Source: Eledone cirrhosa
Taxonomy: Eukaryota
Reading direction: 5' to 3'
Assembly: GCA_964016885.1 (NCBI GenBank)
Contig: OZ024742.1
Location: 52,638,001 to 52,702,000, forward strand
Length of the DNA stretch: 64,000 nt
The position numbers and the translations under genes are program-made. Shown in pieces: positions 53,428-64,000 of the stretch. The number at the start of each line of letters is the position of its first letter. Position 1 is the first letter of the stretch. The notes below the pieces were generated by a model. That model saw only the letters and a program-made list of their open reading frames with translations, was not told the DNA's origin and ran no database searches.

Positions 53428-56400
53428 AAGTCAGACATTCAAACATTACATTACAATGAAACCCTTATGATTATTTTGGTTTTTTTTTACCTATTTGTTT
53501 TGTTTTTTTGTTTATTTATGTTCGTCTACAGCGTGATAGTGCCACGCTAAAATCATCGAGGGTGATCAAATTACCGGTGGTGATGAAATCACCGGTGGTT
53601 ATGTAACCATACATTCACCAATCCTCGATAAGAGTGTTTCAATGTCGAACCTAAACAGTTCGAATAACGGTTAAGTGGAGAATGGAATGTCATGTGACAG
53701 ACTCTCACCCAGCAGGTGCTCCCTGGCTCAGCAGCAGGGACCTGGCTGTCAACCAACTACTGCTGCTGTCGGAGGTAGAAGATAGAAAGGGACCAGAACC
53801 AACTGGTCGAAAGAATTGAATAGAACTGTTATGCAATGTTACCTGAAGAGTAACCCCAAGGAAAAAGGCTATAGGAAACGGATGCATAACATCTGGAACG
53901 AGATTGGTCTATTTAAATTAGATGAACAAAAATTGGCCGGGAAGGCTCGGGTAATAAGAACTAATGGGTCGATAAGCGAGCTGGAACTGGAGGAACTGAG
54001 CAGAGAGATTAGGTTGGAAATGGAGAGTGGAGTATGCCAGGCAAACGGCCCAGTGGGAAATGAAGGAGAAGAGGTAGAGGGAACGGAGGAACCATCTGGA
54101 AGCAGACAATGATCTGAATGCTGAAATAAATAATACCTGGAACAAAGATACGGCCAATGAGGAGATGAATGCTGACGGGCTAGGACAAGATTTGGTTGAT
54201 ATCCTAAACTTAGTGGTAGATGAATTGAACAATGATAGTGGGAAACCTATAAACCTAAGATTTGTAGACAGGAAAAAGTTAAAAGAAACAACAGCTAAGG
54301 TAAACAAAGTCATCCCATAACTTGAGGCGAGGAGCCTTCACCAGTGCAACAATATCCTCAAAGCAACAGCAAATGCGGTGAGGAAATTACTTGACATAAA
54401 AGCGAGAGGAAACAACAAATAAAAAAGATCAGAACCTTGGTGGAAGAAACGACTGAATGGTCAAATCAGGGAAATGAGAAATGACATTGGAAGTCTTGAG
54501 TCCCTACTGAATGGGACACTGAAAAACATAGACACTAAAAATAGACTGGAAATAAAGTACAAAACTAGGAGAAAAAGGCTAAATATTATCATGGAGGAAC
54601 TGAAGCAACGCATTGTAGCAAAGAGTGCACAAATTAGGCGATACGAGAGCAGAGTCAGTCAGTATAGACAGAACCGCATGTTTGACAACAACCAGAAGAT
54701 GTTGTTTGGACAGCTTGAAGATAAAGAAAGAGGCAACGACTTGATCCCTGAGGCGGAACAAACTAAGACATTCTGGAGAGGAATATGGGTGCAGGATGTT
54801 AAACATAATGACCAGGCAGTTTGGATTGAGACAGTACAAAAGGAGATTAGTGAACCAAGATGGTGTGCAGAGGTATTGGATTAAATATGTAACATCCCTC
54901 CGCCCGAAACTGACAACCATGTTCAATGACTGCTTGATGTCAGGTGAGGTACCAGAGTGGTTGACAAAAGGTACCACAGTTCTGGTAATGAAAGACCGAA
55001 TCAAGGGTAATGATGTTACCAACTATAGACCTATCACATGTCTGTCCATAATGTAGAAACTGTTGACAAGCATTATGTCTGAGGAAATCTACCATCACTT
55101 CCACACAAACAACTTGTTACCGGACGAACAGAAAGGATGCCGAAAGAAGTCCCGTGGTACAAAGGACCAGTTACTTATTGATAAGATGGTAATGAGGAAT
55201 TGCAAGAGGAGACACACTGGTCTTGCCATGGGATGGATAGACTACAAAAAGGCATTTGACATGGTGCCTCATTCTTGGATCACCAAAAGCCTAGAGATCT
55301 TCAAGGTGGCAGATAACATCAGACAGTTGTTGAGCAAAAGTATGAAGTCCTGGGAAACAGAGTTAACATCAGCTGGAGAATCCTTGTGAGGCGTGAAGAG
55401 AGGTATCTTCCAGGTAGATAGTCTGTCTCCTCTGTTGTTTGTCCCTGCCCTGATGCCCCTGACCAGTATACTGCGAAAAGTGAGAGCAGGATACAAGTTG
55501 GGAAAGGGAGAGCTTACCATCAATCACCTCCTCTTCATGGATGATCTTAAGCTCTTTGGGAAGAGTGAGAAGGAGTTGGAAGTACTTGTTGACACTATCC
55601 GTATTTTCAGCAACGCTATATGTATGCAATTTGGTATTAGTAAGTGTGGAGTCCTTATGATGAAGAGGGGTAAATTGAGCAGAAGCAACGGAATCCAGGT
55701 ACCAACAGGTGAGATGATAAAGGAAATTGACACTGAAGAAGGATACAAGTATTTGGATATTCTGGAGGCTGATGACATCAAGAACAAAAAAATGAAAGAA
55801 TTGATTAGATCTGAATACATTCGGAGAATAAGGAGCGTATTAAAGTCACATCTGAACAGTAGGAATGCCATAAGTGCAGTAAATCCCGAGGTGTGTCTAT
55901 TATTAGCTACACTGAGATGGAATGTTGCTGAACAAAAAGAAATGGATAGGAAGACTAGGAAGCTATTGACTATCTACAACATGTTCCACAAGAAGAGTGA
56001 TGTCGATAGACTCTACTTAAGGAGATCTGAAGGTGGAAGAGGTCTTATCAGCATAGAGGACTGTGTTCAGATGGAGAAAATCAACCTACACAAATACATG
56101 ACCGATAATAAGGAGCCAATGCTCATAATTGTACTGAAGGAGAGGACAATAGACCAGGGGATGTCCAAGGGGGAAATAACAACAAGGAGAAAGAGCAACC
56201 TTCATGAAAAATCCCTTCATAGTACCTTCTTTGAGAAAACGGAATTCAGAGATCCACAGACATGGAACTGGTTGAGAAGAGGAGACCTTAAAAAGGCTAC
56301 ATAAGGAATGCTAATTGCTGCGCAAGAGCAGGCCCTCAAAACGAAGTGGCTGAAACACCATATTTACAAGGAGGAGGCTAGCCCACTATTCAGGATCTGT

Positions 56401-57035
56401 GGAGAGAGAGAGGAGACTGTTGCCCACATTGTATGCGAGTGGAAACACCTAGCCCAGACTCACTATAAGGGCTGGAGACATGATGTGATGGGCAGGGTGA
56501 TCCACTGGCAACTATGCAAAGTAAACAATTTACCACATTCTGAGAAGTTGTATGAGCATAAACCAGAGTCGGTGATAGAAAACGATCAGGTGAAGGTGCT
56601 ATGGGATTTTAGGAAACAGACGGACAAGAAACTGGAACACAATAGACCTGACCTGGTGGTTTTGGACAAGGAAAAAAGATCGTGCCTGATTGTGGAAGTG
56701 GCCTGCCCATTCGACACGAGAGTGCAAGAGAAGGAGAGGGAGAAAATTAACCGATACCAGGACTTAAAGCGGGAGGAAAAAGGATTTGGAACTGCCATGA
56801 AGTCAAAGTCGTCCCGATTGTCATAGGCGCACTAGGTACTATCTCAAAAGGTTTCCAGGGATGGTTAAAGAAAATTGGCCCCGCCACGCTTTTTGGAACG
56901 CTTCAAAGGGCATGCTTGCTGGGAACAGCAAGAACCCTCCGATACGTCCTGAATATCTGAGGCTGCAGGTAGTGGCTTGATATTCATTTCAACAAACTTT
57001 CCAGTTAACTAACATCAATGATTGAGACTCAAAGA
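53428..57035 (+). mobile_element. R4/Dong-like copy B, full length, inactivated
   Basis: Same 5' end (aagtcagacattc) and high identity to copy A; (AAT)n tail. Confidence 0.92.
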
Positions 57036-57317
57036 ACAATAATAATAATAATAATAATAATATTAATAATAATGTTTTCTTTATTAACCACAAGGGTTCA
57101 CATAAAGTAGACATTAAGGACAGTACAGGACAATACAGGACGGTACAAATGGGCATTTCTGCGTGTAAAAAAAACAGAGGTTGAAATAAAATAACAAAGA
57201 AAAATTCCCCAATAGGGGGGAGACTTCCAAGGGACATTTGTGGAGAAAGCCCATTAAAAGACCACAGTGGCCCTGACCACCAGGGCAAGTGCCCTCTCCC
57301 AGTTTTCCACCTTTAAT

Positions 57318-60300
57318 TTACAGACACATACTCAGAGAAGGCCCATTCATTCGGGCCATACTTGCTTCTCTCACCCATCTTTCAACAAAATGCTGGGAAG
57401 AGAGCACTTCTCTCTCTACCCTCATTTTCCTTTTCAAATGAAATTTGAAAAAGTTAATCAGGGCATCACCGAAGAGGTAAGTGCTCGTCTTCAGCCCTTT
57501 CAAACGTGTCCACCATACTATCTCTTTCGCCATGGCCACCAGACAGATAAAAACTGCCTGCCCTTCCAGGCTAAAGGAAGGGGGCGGGGCAATCCTCACG
57601 ATGGACTCAGCTGATAGCTGGATCCGTCCTACACGTGACAGCAGGTGTTCGACATAAACCCACAAGTCAGCAATGCTCGGACACTGGACGAGTGCGTGCA
57701 GGACGGTTTCGTCGCCCTGCGCGCATCTCGGACATGCCCGGCTGACGGCACCTCCATGCCTGTAGAGTTTATCCCGAACTGGCAAAGCTCCTCGGTAGCA
57801 CTGCCAGGCCAGGGATATCTGGAAGTTGTCCATAGGCCCCGGCCCGAAAGTCCTTCCGAAGAGATTGGCTAGTTGATTTTCGTCGACGCCTAGAGTTTCT
57901 CCAAGTACGTCGTCGCTCTTCCCCTCCACTAATCCCCTATAGAACGCCAAGGTGGAGTTTCCACCGATCACATTGCCCGATTGGTCGAGGGCTGTGAGCG
58001 CCTGAAGATATTCCAGTCTCCAAGCGCTCCCTCTCGGTCTTCGCTTGACCCAGGACTGCAGCTCCGTCAAGGAGACGAGCTGGGGAAAAACGTGTCTTGC
58101 AAACGGCGACCACACCTGATCACCGTCGAGGAAGAGGTGGAGATGTCGTAGCCTGAGCGCGTGTCTGCGCATCATCAGCCACGGCATGCCCAGCCCTCCA
58201 CGCAGCGGGTGTTGACAGCAGATGGACCGCCTGACCATCGGAGCGCGTCCCTTCCACAATAAGCGAAAGAGCAAACGCTCCAGCGCAGTCAGGCGGGGCT
58301 TAGGACAAGGTACGACGGTCAGGCGGTAGTAGATGACGGATGCGATGTACGCATTCGCCACCTCCGCTCGACCTTTCAGGGATAGCTTCCTCTCGGCCCA
58401 TTTCTGGGTGAGAGAAGCCACCCTGCTCGTCACCTCGTCCCAGTTTTTGTCCGTCTGGAGGTCTGGACCGAACCAGACCCCTAGCAATTTAACCGGTCCG
58501 TCCCTCTAGCGCCCGACGACGCTGTTGGACGGCATGGACCTGCCTCTCCAGGTGCCGAGCTGCAGGCCCACTGACTTTTCCTGGTTGATCATTGCTCCTG
58601 TCACCGCTTCGTATTCTCTTAGTGTAGTGCCGATCGCCTCGATGTGTTTGGCGTTCGACACCACTACGGTGACATCGTCGGCATATGCTGACACGGATCT
58701 TCCGCATCCTAGTTCGCGCGGGACCCCCCTCAACGTCTCCAGCTTGTGCAGTAATGGCTCGAGAGTCAATACGTACAATAGGGACGAGAGGGGACATCCT
58801 TGGCGGACCGAGCGCATGATGTTGAACGGTTCCGAAAGGTGACCGTTCACTCTCACTACAGAGCAGATGTCGCTGTGCATGGCAGCGATCCAGCCTCTGA
58901 AGACGGGCCCAAAGCCAGCCGCCCTCAGGACTGCCGTTAGGTAACGATGGTCGACCCTATCGAAGGCTTTCGACTGATCTAAATTGATCAAAGACCCACC
59001 CGTGCCAGGTTCCCTAGCTACCCTCTCTACGATGTATCGCATGAGGTGGAGGTTGTCGTGGATGGATCTGTCGGGAATGGCGCATGTCTGTGCCTCTCCC
59101 ACCAGACCACCAACGACAAGCGCCAACCTCTTTGCTAGCACCTTGGCCAAAATCTTGAACTCTGTGTTTAGCAGAGTTATGGGCCTAAAATTATCTGTTA
59201 TCCCCCTTGTTCGGATCCTTTCTCAGCAGCGCCACCGCTCCACGGCTCACAGAGCTGGGAATTCTCCCGTTCTGTTGCCAGTTGCAGTAGACGTCCGCAA
59301 AGAGGCCTCCGAACAAGTTTGGCATTTGTACGTAAAGTTCATAGGGCAGACCATCCAAACCAGGCGATTTACCCCTTGTGCAACTAGTCATTGCATCCCG
59401 TACTTCAGCGGTTGTTATCGGCTTTTCGCAACACTCCGCCTCAGTGGCCGAAAGCCGCGGCAGTCCGTCGAGGTAGACACTAAAGTCCATCCCTCGATCC
59501 GGCCCGCCACTGCCCCCGAACAGTTGAGCGAAGTGTCGCTGAAAAGCTTCACACATTTGCCTGGGATCGAGTAGCCTGCGCCCGTCGTGGTCCACCAAAG
59601 ACCGGATCGTGGCTTTGTTGCCACGACGCGCCTCCGCCCCTCGGGCCCATTGAACGGCTTTCGTCCCCTCGTGTCTGAGAGCACGCACCCTAGCTCTGAC
59701 AACGCAGCCTTCGTGCTTTGCATTTAAGAATTGGTCAAGGGCCAATTTCGCCGCAAGTACGTCGGTCGCGATGCCTTTGCTAAGCGCCTCATCTAATTTT
59801 CTAACTAATTCTCCCTCTGCTCTATTTTTCTCTATTGCTAAAGTCTTACTAAACCTAATGGACTCTATTCTAATTGCTCTTTTCAGAGCAAACCACCACT
59901 TGTTGTTGACGATGGCCCCCGTCAACGCCCGCTTAACTAGTTCGCTAATCCGGTCTCTGTAGGCCTTGTGTGCTGGTAAGGACGCGTTTAGCTTCCAGTA
60001 GCCGGGTCCTCGTCTATGAAGCCTATCTAAGTCAAGCACACAGATCACGAATTTGTGGTCCGTGTAGCTGACTATCTTGAATTGTGGACAGCCTATGCTA
60101 GACCTATCTATTTCCCTACAAAATACTCTATCTAGATATGATCTGGATGACCCTATGCGATTTGTCCAAGTCCACATTGGTTCATTCGGGAAATCCATTC
60201 GGTACCTGTCAGACAGTTCAAAACGTCTGAGCAGGTTGGTGAGACTCTTGCACCCTCCTTCCCTATCCACTAATCCCACACAATCCCAGCGTGCATCTAA

Positions 60301-60735
60301 GATCCCGTTCCAATTGCCCACTAACACTAAAGAGCGGGACGTTCCAAGAAAGGTCTCCAGACGCCGGAAGAAATCAGGCCGCCCTGCTCCTGTAGGGGCA
60401 TAGACGGCCACTAACCTGAAAGCTTGCCCGCCTCCGCTGGTCACGTCCAGCACCACCAACTTACCTTCTGGGTCCAGGAAGATGGCCCGTATGGCAAGAT
60501 CCAAACCTCTCCGAAAAAGCACAGCACCTCCACCCCCCGATCCCGGACGGCTGGGAGATGCGTACACATCGTAGCCGCCGAAGATCGGTGCGAAAGCCTG
60601 TGCTTCGGAGATTCTGGTCTCGCTGATGGCCACTACATCTATGTTTAGTGACCTGAGGTCGTTGAGCAGGTGGCCCTCCTTCCATGACGACCCCAAGCCA
60701 CGCGCATTTATGCTGCCTATTCTGAGTGAGGTCAT
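57318..60735 (-). pseudogene. Tx1-C ORF2: APE endonuclease, RT, CCHC; one frameshift (~59195) and one TAG (58506-58508)
   Basis: ORFs 59191-60735, 58506-59150, 57318-58487. Confidence 0.9.
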
Positions 60736-60769
60736 GTTGAAAAGGAGTGGAAAAGATGGGAAAGACCAC

Positions 60770-62757
60770 TTACCTTACTTCTCGTAGGGGAAGGACGGTT
60801 TTTCCATCCTTTTCACTGCTTGTGGCCTCCTCAGGAAGGATGTCCTTATAAATCCTCCTGGAGAGTGCTTGTCGGAAGTCTCCGATGTCTTTGGGGAATT
60901 TTTGTTTTAGTGTCATGTACATTTTCTGTGTGATGCGAGTGATTTGTATGTGTGGAGGTGGTGTGAATTTTGGGGTTGTTGTGTAGTCTTTTTCTGTGAT
61001 GCTGGTGTTGTGTTGGATGTAGTGTAATAATTGCTTGTTGTTCAAATGTAATGCTGTGTAGTGTGTATCGTTTTGGTTGTTTTGTTTTGTTTGCGTTTGT
61101 TGTGGGTTTGTTTCTGTTTCGCATTTTGGTGACTTTTGTGGTGTAGGTGATGGTGGTGTTGGGGTTAATGATGGTGATGGTGTTGGTGTTTGGGTTGATG
61201 GGGTTGTTGATGCTGGTGTGGATGGTGGCATATCTGTCCTAACTTTTTTGTTTCTTAATTTATTTGTTTCCCTCTGTATTTTGTTTTTGGAGGGGGAAGG
61301 AACAGAATTTTTTCTTTTTTTGGTTTCTTTTTTTTTTTCCTGATATCGTTTCCCACTCCTCGTCATCACAATCTGTCTCCAGTTGTGATAGGCCGGGGAG
61401 TGGAAAATCCTCCACAGCCGTTAGTTTTGGTTGTGGCGTGGTGGATGGTGTAGGCGCTGGTGCTAGTTCTGAAGCGTTGGGTGGTGGTGGTGTTGGTTTT
61501 GCTGGTGGTGGTGGTCGTGTTGGTTTTGCTACTGTTGCTGGGGTTGTTGCTGTTATAGTTGCTTCTGTTGTTGCTGCCACAGTTGTTGCTGCCATCTCTG
61601 CTACTGGTGGTGTTGATGGTTGTGTCACTGGGGTGGGTAGGAGAGGTGGCCTCAACCTTTTAGCCTGAGGGCAGAAAGCCCTTAGGTGGGTTCCTTCACC
61701 ACAAACGACACACCTAGGTCTTCTGCCCTCGACAATTACCGTGAGGTGGCTGCCGTCAGTGAGGTCTATTACCTCTGGGATCTCCTCAATGCTTTTTTGG
61801 TCCGCTTGGATCAGGAGCTCCATCCCAGATCCGGACCAGTTCTCCTGCTTTTTTTTTGCTATTGCTATTATTTTCGTGTTGGCTTCGATGCCGGCGAGGA
61901 CAGCCGCTATTAGCCATGGAATTTCGATGGCCGGTGGAACGTGGGTCACCCTGATCTTTACGAGTCTCTGGCCACAATAGCTTGGGACGAGTGTGAAGTC
62001 GTCACTTCTTAATGGGTCCATGGAGTGTTCTCTAGCCTCCTCTGGTGTTTCAAAGAACACGTCCACGGTTCCATACTTTTGCCCACGTCTGATGTGGGTT
62101 TTTCTTGCCCACACATGTCCAAAAGCTTTTTGGATTTGGGACTCGAATGCCCGTTCCACTCGGCGCGATTTTACATTTATTGTTCTATACGACACGGTGC
62201 ATAGGCGCTGATGCTCTATTTTATTAGGTGGGGGTGAGGCTGACCCTGTACCAGTCTTTCTTTACCATTTGTTTGGCATTTTCTAAATCCTCCTGAGTTA
62301 CCGTAAATGCTTCGAACTGTTTTGCTACTCTGGCGAAACTGAGGGGGGTTTTTATAATGTCATTGTTGTTGTTGTTGCTATCGTTAATATTAATTTTAGT
62401 TTCAGTTGTGGTGGTGGTGACGTCAGTCGTCTTTGGTGGGGAAGAGTCCATTTTGCTTGATTTCATTTCGACATCACGAGTTAATTTATTTTTTTCTTCT
62501 TTTGTTTCTGTTGTCGCGGTGGTGGTGGTGGTGGTGGTTGTCGCGGTGGTGGTGGTGGTGGTGGAGGCTCTAACACCTGCAGTCATTGGTAATGGCGGGA
62601 AATGAATGTCTGCCTGAGACCAATTTAAAATATTGCTAGTGCTTATATTTTTTTTGGTGTTGGCAAACGTAGTAACATTTACAATGGTGGTGTCGGTGTG
62701 AGGTGTTAATTTGTGAGGAAGGCTTTCAGCTGCTTGGTGCAGAGGTGAATTAGCCAT
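60770..62757 (-). pseudogene. Tx1-C ORF1 (gag-like, CX2CX4HX4C knuckle, P/T-rich)
   Basis: MANSPLHQ... start; RCVVCGEGTHLRAFCP; split across three ORF-track entries. Confidence 0.8.
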
Positions 62758-62964
62758 TTTTTTCAAAGAAATTTTTTGATAATAATAAAAGTTTAAATTT
62801 TGGGCACAAGGCCCCAATCTTTTTGGGTGTCCTTTTCGGAAAACAATGTATGTGCGCTTATAAACAGTTAACAATAAAATTTTCCATAAATGACAATTTT
62901 TAACAAACGGAAATAACAAACCTTTGCGGAGCTCACGATGATACGATTTACTACGTAGGTCGCC

Positions 62965-62997
<33 letters not shown>

Positions 62998-64000
62998 CCT
63001 CCACACAAACAACTTGTTGCCGGACGAACAGAAAGGATGCCGAAAGAAGTCACGTGGTACAAAGGACCAGTTGCTTATTGATAAGATGGTAATGGGGAAT
63101 TGCAGGAGGAGACACACTGATCTTGCCATGGGATGGATAGACTACAGAAAGGCATTTGACATGGTGCCTCATTCCTGGATCACCAAAAGCCTGGAGATCT
63201 TCAGGGTGGCAGATAACATCAGACAGTTGCTGGGCAGGAGTATGGGGTCCTGGGAGGCAGAGTTGACATCAACTGGAGTATCCTTGGGAAGCGTGAAGAT
63301 CAAGAGAGGTATCTTCCAGGGAGATAGCCTGTCCCCTCTGTTGTTTGTCCTTGCCCTGATGCCCTTGACCATTATGCTGCGAAAAGTGAGAGCAGGATAC
63401 AAGTTGGGAAGGGGAGAGCTTACCATCAATCACCTCCTCTTCATGGACGATCTTAAGCTCTTCGGGAAAAGTGAGAAGGAGTTGGATGTGCTTGTTGACA
63501 CTGTCCGTATTTTCAGCAGTGATATATGTATGCAGTTTGGTATTGGTAAATGTGGAGTCATTGTGATGAGGAGGGGTAGGTTGAGCAGAAGTAACGGGAT
63601 CCAGATACCAACAGGTGAGATGATAAAGGAAATTGACTCTGATGAAGGATACAAGTATTTGGGCGTTCTGGAGGCTGATGGCATAAAGAACAAAAAAATG
63701 AAGGAATTGTTAAGAACTGAATACATTCGGAGAGTAAGGAGCGTATTGAAGTCACATCTGAACAGCAGAAATGCCATAAGCGCAGTAAATTCCCGAGCTG
63801 TGTCTATTATTAGGTACAGTGCGGGAATTCTGAGATGGAATGTTGCTGAACAAAAAGAAATGGATAGGAAGACTAGGAAGCTATTGACTATCTACAACAT
63901 GTTCCACAAGAGGAGTGATGTCGATAGACTCTACCTAAGGAGATCTGAGGGTGGAAGAGGTCTTATCAGCATAGAGGACTGTGTTCAGATGGAGAAAAAC
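62998..64000 (+). mobile_element. R4/Dong-like copy C, 5'-truncated within RT, runs off the window, A-to-G hypermutated
   Basis: Aligns to 46083+ and 55098+; begins directly after (TAA)n; frame open over the part translated. Confidence 0.92.

Larger units (their letters stand above)
57074..62964 (-). mobile_element. L1/Tx1-clade LINE copy C, full length
   Basis: Same 5' end as copy A (ggcgacctacgtag); (TAA)n on both sides. Confidence 0.93.

Noticed and set aside
38731-62964. Simple tandem segmental duplication explaining the LINE stack
   Set aside because: Neighbours and junctions differ for each copy; Tx1-B is a different family; R4-C is separately truncated and mutated

Overview
AT-rich, microsatellite-laden eukaryotic DNA with no recognisable host protein-coding gene. 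The huge (TA)n/(CA)n tracts and the SINE type suggest a cephalopod/Octopus-like genome (inference). 1-38.3 kb holds three different Penelope-like retroelements (PLEs) inserted in (TA)n, one with an intact ORF and near-identical direct plus inverted pLTRs, each carrying a hammerhead ribozyme (HHR) motif. It also holds a non-coding ~428-bp tandem/inverted array with one minimal HHR per unit (retrozyme-like), HHR-derived fold-back palindromes, RTE fragments, SINEs, a DD37D maT element, a rosa-like deletion derivative and a Tigger relic. 38.3-64 kb is a strictly alternating stack of L1/Tx1-clade (minus strand) and R4/Dong-like (plus strand) non-LTR retrotransposons, mostly separated by (TAA)n. Highlights: (i) the last R4 copy is A-to-G hypermutated on its sense strand, consistent with a retrotransposed ADAR-edited RNA; (ii) the HHR retrozyme-like array; (iii) sibling copies of both LINE families share an in-frame Trp-to-TAG stop; (iv) a U_UUU_UUA -1 frameshift site links ORF1 to the RT ORF in one PLE. 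All alignments, counts and folds were done by eye.
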